A stretch of 63,879 nucleotides of DNA from a virus. Its lineage: Duplodnaviria > Caudoviricetes. The stretch lies in IMG/VR virus record IMGVR_UViG_3300021425_000033, positions 1-63,879 of that record. One strand, written 5' to 3'. How positions within the stretch are numbered: position 1 is the first letter of the stretch; each line of letters begins with the position of its first letter. The notes under the pieces are model-generated. The model was not told the DNA's origin, made no database searches, and was given only the letters and a program-made list of their open reading frames with translations. This document shows, in pieces, positions 1 through 8,848 of this stretch. A program made the position numbers and the translations under genes.

Positions 1-2
1 AG

Positions 3-455
3 AATATCGTAAAAGAACCACTGATTCCAGCAGATAAGAATGGATATTTTCGCATCTCATTAGAAAACGAAACTCATAAACAAGATGTTCATGTAGATCC
101 ATCTTGGGAATGGGGTGCAGTGATTTATATGTCAGCACCAGAAGATTGTGTAGATGAAGGTGGCACATCATTTTGGAAACATAATACTCTTCAGTCAGAA
201 AACATTCCAAAGACTGACGAAGAGGCACAGTTTTATGGATATCCAACTTATAAAGAATGTTGGTGGACGACTGTATATGGCGATGGACTTGACAGAAACA
301 AATGGACTCGTTACTTTCTGTGCCCGATGAGGTATAATAGACTAGTATTGTTTCGCACTCATCTGTGGCATTCTCATAATTTCAACTTTGGTAATACATT
401 AGAAAACGGTAGATTAGTTCAGTTATTTTTCTTCAATCCAGTCAAGGAGTGGTAA
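3..455 (+). CDS. 2OG-Fe(II) oxygenase-like protein (DUF6445-like), 5'-truncated by window edge
   Basis: Frame is open from base 3: ...KQDVHVDPSWEWGAVIYM...GGTSFW...YNRLVLF...WHS...RLVQLFFF. HxD...H...R pattern typical of 2OG dioxygenases. Confidence 0.75.
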   Translation, partial: NIVKEPLIPADKNGYFRISLENETHKQDVHVDPSWEWGAVIYMSAPEDCVDEGGTSFWKHNTLQSENIPKTDEEAQFYGYPTYKECWWTTVYGDGLDRNKWTRYFLCPMRYNRLVLFRTHLWHSHNFNFGNTLENGRLVQLFFFNPVKEW

Positions 456-1006
456 TGAAACATAAGGTTTATATCTCTGGCACTGGACGATGTGGAACAA
501 CATTTCTGGTGATTATTCTTTCTTATCTTGGTCTTGATACTGGATACACAAGACAAACATTTTCCAATTACATCTATCAAAACTGTAATTCTGGACTTGA
601 TAAACAATGGGATGATGCTCCTTATATTCTCAAGTCTCCTGCATTTCTCAATCAAATGGATAGGATTCTTTCATCATTCATTATTGATTATATGATTATT
701 CCAGTAAGAAAGTTTGAGGATTCTGCAAGATCCAGAGCATTTCATAATCAACAACCAGGAGGATTATGGGAAGCAAAAAACTATGAAGAACAACTTTCAT
801 TCTTCCATAAGATATTTGAGAACTATAAAAAACTAGAGAAACAACATCATATACCAACAATCTATCTAGATTTTGATAAAATGATATCATCACCAGAATA
901 TCTTTATGAAAATCTAAAACCAATTCTCAACGATACCACTTTTACACAATTCACAGAAGCATTTGAGTTTGCAACAAATCATCAAAGAAGAAAGAAAAAT
1001 GTTTAG
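449..1006 (+). CDS. Sulfotransferase-like / P-loop fold protein
   Basis: N-terminal ISGTGRCGTT (PAPS-binding loop-like), LKSP, and IPVRKFEDSARS (R...S 3'-phosphate motif-like). Confidence 0.6.
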   Translation: MVMKHKVYISGTGRCGTTFLVIILSYLGLDTGYTRQTFSNYIYQNCNSGLDKQWDDAPYILKSPAFLNQMDRILSSFIIDYMIIPVRKFEDSARSRAFHNQQPGGLWEAKNYEEQLSFFHKIFENYKKLEKQHHIPTIYLDFDKMISSPEYLYENLKPILNDTTFTQFTEAFEFATNHQRRKKNV

Positions 1007-1481
1007 TGCCTATTATGTTCCAAAGTTTCCAGTTTCTTATATTACTGATGATGGAAGAGACCAGTGGATCAACAATCCAAATCACATAAGACATCAATGT
1101 GGATTTTTGCAGGCAATTCTAGAGCACATAGATAATACAAATCACATTGATCCAATAAGAATTACAATTCCAGTAGAAGGTCAAGTTCAGGCAGGACCAG
1201 CAGGAACATTAAGACTTTATGCTCTTACACATTTGAGAGGTTATACACATATTCCTGCAATTGTATCTACTCAAAAGTATTATGATTGGTTTGGTGAAGA
1301 TGTGGTAAAAATCACAGATAAAGAACAAATAAGATCTTATCTTTTATTAGAACCAGCAGATTATAAAATTGAACCAGATGGAAAAGTTTGGTGGCACAAT
1401 CAAAATCCAAATGAAAAACAAATGAGAGAAACTTATAAAGTATCACCTGAAACGATTGATAAACTCTTGAAGTGCATATGA
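999..1481 (+). CDS. Hypothetical protein, weak ParB/Srx-like signature
   Basis: ATG at 999 overlaps the upstream gene. IDPIRI...GTLRLYAL...GYTHIPAIV resembles a ParB-N motif. Confidence 0.45.
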   Translation: MFSAYYVPKFPVSYITDDGRDQWINNPNHIRHQCGFLQAILEHIDNTNHIDPIRITIPVEGQVQAGPAGTLRLYALTHLRGYTHIPAIVSTQKYYDWFGEDVVKITDKEQIRSYLLLEPADYKIEPDGKVWWHNQNPNEKQMRETYKVSPETIDKLLKCI

Positions 1482-2308
1482 AAACTTATCATTTTATGGC
1501 AGGACTTCCACGATCTGGAAGCACATTACTCAAAAGTATTCTAGATCAAAATCCAAACATACACGCAAATCCAGTCAGTCCTGTGATGGAATTGATGTAT
1601 CATACAGAGGAATACTTGAAGCAGAGCGAGCAATATCTAGGATATCCAAAACCACAGAATGCTTATAAGATTATCAGTAGTTTTATAGAGAATTATTATT
1701 ACGAAAGAGAAGAAGATATTATTATCGATCATTGCCGTGCTTGGCCGAATAATATTGAAAGAATCAAAACTTATATCACACCCAATCCCAAGATCATTTG
1801 CCCTGTAAGAGACATCGCAGAAATCTTGACATCGTTTATTACAATGGTGCATCGCAATGACGACCAAGTTTCATTTATAGATCAACACCTGATTGAGAAA
1901 GGTGTCACTGTAGATGATGATAATCGTTGTCAGTATTTGATGAGTGATGATGGGATTGTAGAGCAAGCACTGTGGGCACAAAGTCAGGCATTTATTAAGA
2001 ATGACACAAGACACTTACTGATGGTTGAATATAATGACTTAGTGAATACTCCCGATGAAACGATGAGAAGGATTTATGACTTCTTAGAGATGGATTATTA
2101 TGATCATAACTTTAAGAATGTGGAAAATAATCATCGTGAAAATGACGATCAATGGTATCTCAAGGATATGCACTATGTAAGAAAAGAAGTGAAGAAGACC
2201 TCTAAGAAACCAGAAGATGTGTTGTCTCCATACATTCTAAATAAGTATAAGCAACTGGAATACTGGAAGTATCCTGAGAGTCCTTATTTAAAAAATGGCA
2301 ATAACTAA
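1478..2308 (+). CDS. Sulfotransferase family protein
   Basis: FMAGLPRSGSTLL PAPS loop, KIICPVRD..EIL.S, and VEYNDLV..P...MRRIYDFL. Confidence 0.85.
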   Translation: MKTYHFMAGLPRSGSTLLKSILDQNPNIHANPVSPVMELMYHTEEYLKQSEQYLGYPKPQNAYKIISSFIENYYYEREEDIIIDHCRAWPNNIERIKTYITPNPKIICPVRDIAEILTSFITMVHRNDDQVSFIDQHLIEKGVTVDDDNRCQYLMSDDGIVEQALWAQSQAFIKNDTRHLLMVEYNDLVNTPDETMRRIYDFLEMDYYDHNFKNVENNHRENDDQWYLKDMHYVRKEVKKTSKKPEDVLSPYILNKYKQLEYWKYPESPYLKNGNN

Positions 2309-5132
2309 CAGAAGAGGAATATTCGCACTTTTAGATGTAAGAGAACGACAGGCAACAGGAAACTGGTCTGTGAAGAGTGATGTGTGGTTAACTCCAAGTC
2401 CTTATATTGCAAGTGTAACTCAATATCAAACTGGGTATTTTGGTGCCGGTAATCCCACATTATCATCAGTAGAGCGCATAGATTATTCTAATGATACTGT
2501 AACGGCAACTACAGTAGGTTCATTACACTATGGTGGAAGAATTTCTATTGCAACAGGAAATCAGTCTTATGGTTATTTTAATGCAGGATATCCTGGATAT
2601 ACACAAACTAGAATATCTAGAATTGATTACTCTAATGATACCGCAACGGCAACTCCAGTAGGAAATCTCACTAATGGAAGAGTTGGTGGTGCTGCAGCAA
2701 GTAATAGTAATTATGGTTGGTTTGGTGGTGGTTACACTCCTGGATCAACATCATCAGTAAATCGTATTGATTATGCAAATGATCTTTCAAATGCGTCCCC
2801 TAGAGGACCATTGAGTTATGCTAGATCTGTTTTAGCAGCAACGGGCAATCCGTCATATGGTTATTTTGGTGGTGGGGGATATACCAGTCCTATTACATCA
2901 GTAGTAGACCGTATTGATTACTCTAATGATACTACTACTGCATCACCTAAAGGACCATTGAGTGTTGCTAGGTTTAGAATAGCCGCAACAGGTAATGCTT
3001 CTTATGGTTATTTTGGAGGTAGTCCTGCTACAGTAGACCGCATAGATTACTCTAATGACACTGCAACGGCATCACCTAAGGGTCCATTAAGTGCTGCTAG
3101 ATATAATTTAGCAGCAACAGGTAATGCTTCTTATGGTTACTTTGGTGGTGGTAGTACTTCATTAGTAGACCGTATTGATTACTCCAATGATACCGCAACA
3201 GCATCAGTAAGAGGACCACTGACTGCTTCTAGACTTTACCACGCAGCATCAAGTTCTGTAGAAAATGGACTCCCATCATCAGTATTCACACCAGCACCAC
3301 CAGGAGGACTCACAAACTTTGGAACTGGTGCTACAGTAACTCCACAAACTGGGTATTTTGGTGGTGGTGGTACTCCTTCTTTAGTATCAACAGTAGACCG
3401 TATAAATTACTCCAATGATACTGCAACGGCATCACCTAAAGGACCATTGAGTGTTGCTAGAGATCGTTTGGCGGCAACAGGTAATAGTTCTTATGGATAC
3501 TTTGGTGGTGGTTATGTTACATTCTCAACAGTAGACCGTATAGATTACTCTAATGATACCGCAACAGCATCACCTAAGGGACCGCTTGATACCACAAGAA
3601 GAAATTTAGCAGCAACAGGTAACAGTTCTTTTGGTTACTTTGGTGGAGATTTCCCATCTAAATCTATAGTATCTCGTGTAGATTACTCTAATGACACCGC
3701 AACAGCATCACCTAAAGGACCATTAAGTGCTGCTAGATATGGTTTAGCAGCAACAGGAAATAGTTCTTTTGGTTACTTTGGTGGTGGATCTCCTAATATC
3801 GGACAGTCAACAGTAGACCGTATAGATTACTCTAACGATACAGCAACAGCATCTCCAAAGGGACCATTAAGTGCTGCTAGAAGAAATTTAGCAGCAACAG
3901 GTAATAGTTCCTTTGGTTACTTTGGTGGTGGTTTTCCCGGTCCAAAATCAATAGTAGACCGCATAGATTACTCTAATGATACAGCAACAGCATCACCGAA
4001 AGGACCATTGAGTGTTGTTGTAAATGGACGAGGAGCAACAGGTAATAGTTCATTTGGTTACTTTGGTGGAGGTGATCCTGAAACATCAGTAGTAGACCGT
4101 ATAGATTACTCCAATGATACTGCTACAGCATCACCAAAGGGACCATTGAGTCTTGCTAGAAGATTTTTAGCAGCAACCTCAGCAAGAGCAAATGGACTTC
4201 CAGCAGTTGATTCCACACTCCCACCAGCAAACTCACCAGTCCAAAACTTCCCAGTCACACTCTTTGGTTACTTTGGTGGAAGTTATTCGCCAAATCTATC
4301 ATCAATAGACCGTATAGATTACTCTAATGATACAGCAACAGCATCACCTAAAGGACCATTAAGTTCTGCTAGATATGCTTTAGCAGCAACAGGTAATAGT
4401 TCCTTTGGTTACTTTGGTGGAGGTAGTCCTGGCGGTGTATCAACAGTAGACCGTATAGATTACTCAAACGACACAGCAACAGCATCAGCAAAAGGACCAT
4501 TAAGTCTTGCAAGAAGATACTTAGCAGCAACAGGTAATAGTTCTTATGGTTACTTTGGTGGTGGATTTCCTGCATTATCAACAGTAGACAGAATTGATTA
4601 CTCTAATGACACAGCAACAGCATCACCTAAAGGACCATTGAGTGCTAATAAAGTATTTTTAGCAGCAACAGGTAATAGTTCCTTTGGTTACTTTGGTGGT
4701 GGTAATCCTGGTCCAAGATCAACAGTAGACCGTATAGATTACTCTAACGACACCGTAACAGCACCAGCAAAAGGACCATTAAGTGCTGCTAGATCTTACT
4801 TAGCAGCAACGGGCAATAGTTCATTTGGTTACTTTGGTGGTGGTTATGGTCCTTCAAGTTATAGATCAGTAGTAGATCGTATAGATTACTCTAATGACAC
4901 AACAACAGCATCACCTAAAGGACCATTGAGTGCTGCTAGATATCTTTTAGCAGCAACGGGCAATAGTTCCTTTGGGTATTTTGGTGGTGGAATTTTTCCT
5001 GCCACAGTATCAACAGTAGACCGTATAGATTACTCTAACGACACAACAACAGCATCACCAAAAGGACCATTGAGTGTTGGTAGAAATAGATTCACGGCAA
5101 CTTCAGCAGCAGCAAACGGACTACCACAATAA
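2295..5132 (+). CDS. Kelch-like beta-propeller repeat protein (18 blades = 3 x 6), probable virion-associated or receptor-binding protein
   Basis: 18 repeats of GYFGGG-var-STVDRIDYSNDTATASPKGPLS-var-LAATGNSS. Each block of 6 ends in (A/E)NGLP. N-terminal GIFxLxxVxxxQxxGxW segment. Late-type CTAAATA at 2237. Confidence 0.75.
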   Translation: MAITNRRGIFALLDVRERQATGNWSVKSDVWLTPSPYIASVTQYQTGYFGAGNPTLSSVERIDYSNDTVTATTVGSLHYGGRISIATGNQSYGYFNAGYPGYTQTRISRIDYSNDTATATPVGNLTNGRVGGAAASNSNYGWFGGGYTPGSTSSVNRIDYANDLSNASPRGPLSYARSVLAATGNPSYGYFGGGGYTSPITSVVDRIDYSNDTTTASPKGPLSVARFRIAATGNASYGYFGGSPATVDRIDYSNDTATASPKGPLSAARYNLAATGNASYGYFGGGSTSLVDRIDYSNDTATASVRGPLTASRLYHAASSSVENGLPSSVFTPAPPGGLTNFGTGATVTPQTGYFGGGGTPSLVSTVDRINYSNDTATASPKGPLSVARDRLAATGNSSYGYFGGGYVTFSTVDRIDYSNDTATASPKGPLDTTRRNLAATGNSSFGYFGGDFPSKSIVSRVDYSNDTATASPKGPLSAARYGLAATGNSSFGYFGGGSPNIGQSTVDRIDYSNDTATASPKGPLSAARRNLAATGNSSFGYFGGGFPGPKSIVDRIDYSNDTATASPKGPLSVVVNGRGATGNSSFGYFGGGDPETSVVDRIDYSNDTATASPKGPLSLARRFLAATSARANGLPAVDSTLPPANSPVQNFPVTLFGYFGGSYSPNLSSIDRIDYSNDTATASPKGPLSSARYALAATGNSSFGYFGGGSPGGVSTVDRIDYSNDTATASAKGPLSLARRYLAATGNSSYGYFGGGFPALSTVDRIDYSNDTATASPKGPLSANKVFLAATGNSSFGYFGGGNPGPRSTVDRIDYSNDTVTAPAKGPLSAARSYLAATGNSSFGYFGGGYGPSSYRSVVDRIDYSNDTTTASPKGPLSAARYLLAATGNSSFGYFGGGIFPATVSTVDRIDYSNDTTTASPKGPLSVGRNRFTATSAAANGLPQ
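2430..5129 (+). repeat. Coding tandem repeat, about 130-150 bp unit x18
   Basis: Recurrent gtagaccgtatagattactctaatgatac..gcaacagcatcacctaaaggaccatt and ttagcagcaacaggtaatagttc.tttggttactttggtgg, separated by variable segments. Confidence 0.95.
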
Positions 5133-5153
5133 ATACTCAAAACAACCTAGATT

Positions 5154-5867
5154 ATGATTGAAAATCCCTTATCATATATTCTCATTCGTCCTAATGTCAT
5201 TAATCCAGAAGGTCTTCAAGAATTAGTAACTCATATCAAATCTTCACCAGCAGAAGATTTATCAGTCTTTGATCCAGACAAAACTAATGCAACTGGAAAA
5301 ACATCCTGGATTGTAGATAAACAAACTAGAGATACTCAAATTGTTCCTATGGGTCCTCTATATCCAAAGATTGAAGACTTATTTCGTAATACAGTCAAAA
5401 ATATCATCAATCCTTTCTATCAGGTAGAAGTGGATAGTAGTGAAATACCACAAGTACTTTCTTATGGTATTGGAGGTCATTATCGTCCTCATATTGATGG
5501 TAGGTCCTTATGGATTGCTCCTAATGGTGATAGAATCTGGAGACGGAGCACTGATAGAGATTTAAGTTGTGTTTTTTTCTTGTCAACTGCAGGAAAGGAT
5601 TTTGATGGTGGAAATTTTGTATTTCCCGATATTGGCATAGAAATACCTCCAAAGGCAGGAACTCTTATATGTTTTCCATCAGATCAAAATTATCTTCACG
5701 GTGTAAAGAAAGTAGAAAGAATTCTAGATGGTAATGGAAATCCAGTGGGTCCAAATGATAGAAATGGTATTGGAAGATTTGCTATTGTAACTTGGATGAA
5801 AGTCAAAGGAGAACAGACAAAAGAAGAAGAAGACCAAGAACTTTTAAGAAGATATGGAGTCAATTAA
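5154..5867 (+). CDS. Prolyl 4-hydroxylase-like 2OG-Fe(II) oxygenase
   Basis: QVLSYGIGGHYRPHIDG (HxD), DFDGGNFVFP, FPS..YLHGV (H) and RFAIVTW (R). Late-type AATAAATA just upstream. Confidence 0.85.
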   Translation: MIENPLSYILIRPNVINPEGLQELVTHIKSSPAEDLSVFDPDKTNATGKTSWIVDKQTRDTQIVPMGPLYPKIEDLFRNTVKNIINPFYQVEVDSSEIPQVLSYGIGGHYRPHIDGRSLWIAPNGDRIWRRSTDRDLSCVFFLSTAGKDFDGGNFVFPDIGIEIPPKAGTLICFPSDQNYLHGVKKVERILDGNGNPVGPNDRNGIGRFAIVTWMKVKGEQTKEEEDQELLRRYGVN

Positions 5868-5909
5868 ACATAAATAAAGGTGCCTGGATTTGGTAGCACA
5901 TTTCAGGTT

Positions 5910-5934
5910 GGAGAGGTTTAAACCTCTCCTTTTT
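5910..5934 (+). terminator. Rho-independent terminator
   Basis: ggagaggtttaaacctctcc palindrome followed by ttttt. Confidence 0.8.
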
Positions 5935-5946
5935 AATGTTTAGTTT

Positions 5947-5954
5947 TATAAATA
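5947..5954 (+). promoter_or_regulatory. T4-type late promoter (TATAAATA) for the HNH gene
   Basis: Exact gp55 consensus, about 30 nt upstream of ATG 5983. Confidence 0.8.
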
Positions 5955-5982
5955 TTAATGCTACCAAATCTAATATAGGCAG

Positions 5983-7074
5983 ATGAATTATCTAAAAATT
6001 TATTGCAACTTAATGCGTAAGGCAGAGAAGAGAAACCTTACAAAAAAAGAAGCAAAGGAAAAAAAGATTTATGTGGAAGGACATCATATATTTCCAAAAA
6101 GCATTTATGGAAATAATAAAAGAATAGTATATTTAACTGGAAGAGAACATTATATCGCACACGCCATTTTAGAAAAAGTATTCATACAGAGATATGGATT
6201 AAAGCATATAAAAACCATTAAAATGACACACGCTCACTGTAGAATGATAGGAAATGGGACTTATATAAATGCAAGACTTTATGAAAGTGCCAGAAAAAGA
6301 CAGATTGATAATTGGAGAAATATAAAGAAGAAAAAAGAAAGTATAGAAAAACAAAGACAATCTATTCTTGGTAGATTTTGGTGGACTGATGGAAAAAATG
6401 CTAAATTGTCTTATGAATGTCCCGGTGATGGATGGTATAAGGGGAGAAAGGATAAACAAAAATTAAAAAAGAAATTAAAAAAGAAAAAAATAGATGTTCC
6501 TTCAGTGTGGTGGACTAATGGTATACAAAATAAAAAACAAAAAAAATTTCCAGGAGAAGGTTGGTATAAAGGTAAGACTGATTTTAGTAAGAAAAATACT
6601 AAGTGGTGGAATAATGGATATAGACAAAAATTAAGTCACTCTTCTCCTGGTGGGGGGTGGAAATTGGGACAACTCGAATCAAAAAGGAATTGGTGGAATG
6701 ATGGAGTCAATAATAAGATGGCAAAAAAATGTCCTGGTGATGGTTGGGTATTGGGAATGCTTCCCACTGAGAATATGATAGGAAAAAAATTGTGGAACAA
6801 CGGAAAAGTGCAAGTTAAATCTAATGAATGTCCCGGAGAAGAATTTTCTTTAGGTTCTTTACAACTTCTTAATAAAAATCGTTGTTGGTGGACTAATGGA
6901 ATAGACTCTATAAGATCAAAAAATTGTCCTGGAGAAGGTTGGTACAGGGGACATAGTATTAAAATTGAAAATAGATGCACTTCTAAGGGGACAATGTGGT
7001 GGAATGATGGTAATAAAAATATTCGTGCAAAAGAATGTCCTGGAGATAATTGGAAAAGAGGAATGTTAAGATAA
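5983..7074 (+). CDS. Free-standing HNH homing endonuclease with 7 C-terminal WWxxG-x8-(C)PGxGWxxG repeats
   Basis: N-terminal YVEGHHIFPKS..GN...VYLTGREHYIAH HNH motif. Lys-rich repeat tail. Lower GC than neighbours. Confidence 0.85.
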   Translation: MNYLKIYCNLMRKAEKRNLTKKEAKEKKIYVEGHHIFPKSIYGNNKRIVYLTGREHYIAHAILEKVFIQRYGLKHIKTIKMTHAHCRMIGNGTYINARLYESARKRQIDNWRNIKKKKESIEKQRQSILGRFWWTDGKNAKLSYECPGDGWYKGRKDKQKLKKKLKKKKIDVPSVWWTNGIQNKKQKKFPGEGWYKGKTDFSKKNTKWWNNGYRQKLSHSSPGGGWKLGQLESKRNWWNDGVNNKMAKKCPGDGWVLGMLPTENMIGKKLWNNGKVQVKSNECPGEEFSLGSLQLLNKNRCWWTNGIDSIRSKNCPGEGWYRGHSIKIENRCTSKGTMWWNDGNKNIRAKECPGDNWKRGMLR

Positions 7075-7122
7075 TGGATGAGGTTAATCAACAACTGTCA
7101 CGAGAGTATGGTGTCCCAGTCA

Positions 7123-7130
7123 TATAAATA
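7123..7130 (+). promoter_or_regulatory. T4-type late promoter TATAAATA
   Basis: Exact consensus upstream of ORF 7152. Confidence 0.75.
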
Positions 7131-7151
7131 ATCACAAACACTTATAGACAA

Positions 7152-7538
7152 ATGCAATATCTCAAGCACTATTGGATTCACGCACACTCTGGCACTTATT
7201 GCTGTGAGGACAATCCTGTTGAAAAAAGACATCCAGAAAAGGAATTTCCTGGTCTTGATGTAAGAATCTGGATGCACGATGAGAATGGAATTGATGTATG
7301 TCTTTCCAGAGTTCCTGATGGTGTTACAATTACTGATGTAATTGACGATCATAATGGCAAAAAGGTCGTGCAAAAACTGACCGAAGCAGAATTCAATTCA
7401 GTTCAAACTCCACTTACTGAGTCACAAACACTTCGTCAGGAAGCACAACAAGAGACTGATGAAGTTCTCAAGGCAGAAAAAGAGGCAGCAGCAGATTCTA
7501 AGTTTGAAGAAGCAAGACAGGCACTTTTTGCTCTTTGA
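7152..7538 (+). CDS. Hypothetical late protein
   Basis: 128-aa ORF with phage codon usage, downstream of a late promoter. Confidence 0.7.
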   Translation: MQYLKHYWIHAHSGTYCCEDNPVEKRHPEKEFPGLDVRIWMHDENGIDVCLSRVPDGVTITDVIDDHNGKKVVQKLTEAEFNSVQTPLTESQTLRQEAQQETDEVLKAEKEAAADSKFEEARQALFAL

Positions 7539-7595
7539 GACACTTCAAAAACTGGCACACCATAACCCCACAGTGACCCTGTGGGGTTTTATAGT
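7536..7595 (+). promoter_or_regulatory. Early-type element E1 (inverted repeat plus -10)
   Basis: gacacttcaaaaactggcac, then hairpin aaccccacag...ctgtggggtt, then tatagt at 7590. Confidence 0.75.
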
Positions 7596-7616
7596 AGGTA
7601 CATCAGCAACCAAAGG

Positions 7617-7718
7617 ATGTATTCAAGTTTAGACCGACTGATTTTCGTTGGTTCATTTATGATTCTAATGAACTGGGGAGTTCGTCTTACTAATTCAATC
7701 CTGAATTCTTTATTCTAA
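7617..7718 (+). CDS. Small hydrophobic protein (33 aa)
   Basis: MYSSLDRLIFVGSFMILMNWGVRLTNSILNSLF, first ORF after E1. Its stop overlaps the next ATG. Confidence 0.55.
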   Translation: MYSSLDRLIFVGSFMILMNWGVRLTNSILNSLF

Positions 7719-8146
7719 TGCACTGGTTAGACATCACAGGATACAATGCTCGTAAGAGAAGAGTAGAATCTGTTGTAGGGTGGTTCTTAGACACTTACCT
7801 TCCCAGACATCACATAACCATTGAAATCCTTCACAGAGGACTTCGTAGGGAGGAATCTTATGGTTATTGTTCAGTCTCTGGGGACATTTATAGACCCCGT
7901 GAGTTTCTTATTGAAATTGATCCCAAACTTGATCTGGAACTTTACACTAAGACCATCATACATGAGTTGATTCATCTTCGTCAATGGGTTCAAGGAACAC
8001 TTAAAGAACGCAGAGGAAAGATGTATTATAAGAACATCAATTGTGATGATCTTGATTACTGGGAACTTCCTCATGAGATTGAATCTCACTCACTTGAACA
8101 AATGTATTATGAGGACTACTTGACAGATACCCATCAAACCGTTTAG
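7718..8146 (+). CDS. Zincin-like metallopeptidase (HExxH)
   Basis: TIIHELIHLRQW...PHEIES. Paralog at 26764. Confidence 0.7.
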   Translation: MHWLDITGYNARKRRVESVVGWFLDTYLPRHHITIEILHRGLRREESYGYCSVSGDIYRPREFLIEIDPKLDLELYTKTIIHELIHLRQWVQGTLKERRGKMYYKNINCDDLDYWELPHEIESHSLEQMYYEDYLTDTHQTV

Positions 8147-8149
8147 AAT
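8120..8149 (+). promoter_or_regulatory. Host-like sigma70 promoter upstream of the Mrr-like nuclease
   Basis: TTGACA-18 nt-TAGAAT. Confidence 0.6.
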
Positions 8150-8195
8150 ACCTTTGTTGGGTTTGAAGATAAAACTCTAAGATCTTAAAGACATT

Positions 8196-8795
8196 ATGAA
8201 ACTTATCGAACTCACACATTCCTTTCAGTATCGTTGCACCGAAGATTTTAAGCATCAACTTGCATCTTCAGGATCTCTGCAGAATCTTACGAAGATGATT
8301 GCTGAACAGTCGAATACAATGAATCCTGACCAATATGACCCATTGAAGTATCGTGGTGATGCTTTTGAATGGTTTGCTGAGTTCTTTTTTAAGTTCTTTG
8401 ATGGTGATAATTTGTTTTTGAATATGACTGATTATAAACCAACAAAAGCATCTGGTGATTATGGTGTAGATGGAGTTGCAAGATATACTAAAGATCTAAG
8501 TAAAGTTGTATGTTTGCAGCATAAGTTTAAATCAAATCGTTCAAAGAAATTATCATCCAAAGAAGATAATCTTTCTAATTTTGGTGTGAATGCAGTAACC
8601 AAATATTCTTGTGAGATTGATAAAAAATATCTGATCGTATTCACCAATGCATCAGGTATTGAACGTACTACTAGTGAAGGAATCTTTGGTGGATGTATTA
8701 CTTGTATCAATGGAGAAATGATTTCAAGGTATATTGATACTAATCAAGCATTCTGGGATTGCTTTGTAAGGTCAGTTCCTAGGCTGTCCACCTGA
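8196..8795 (+). CDS. Mrr-like restriction endonuclease domain protein
   Basis: RGDAFEWF helix, DYGVDG and VCLQHK, matching the Mrr-type D...QxK catalytic pattern. Confidence 0.7.
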   Translation: MKLIELTHSFQYRCTEDFKHQLASSGSLQNLTKMIAEQSNTMNPDQYDPLKYRGDAFEWFAEFFFKFFDGDNLFLNMTDYKPTKASGDYGVDGVARYTKDLSKVVCLQHKFKSNRSKKLSSKEDNLSNFGVNAVTKYSCEIDKKYLIVFTNASGIERTTSEGIFGGCITCINGEMISRYIDTNQAFWDCFVRSVPRLST

Positions 8796-8826
8796 CCTTA
8801 CGAAACCCCTCTTTTGCTGCTATAAT
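8771..8826 (+). promoter_or_regulatory. Early-type element E2
   Basis: gtcagttcctaggctgtccac, then TATAAT at 8821. Confidence 0.7.
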
Positions 8827-8848
8827 ACATTCATAGTTTAAAACACCA

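Noticed and set aside
2430-5129. Constant/variable alternation resembling a CRISPR array
   Set aside because: It is one open frame with synonymous variation in the repeats and codon-multiple spacers. No cas genes are present.
2295-5132. Diversity-generating retroelement target
   Set aside because: There is no reverse transcriptase or template repeat in the window. Differences include indels and are not adenine-specific. An RT elsewhere in the genome cannot be excluded.
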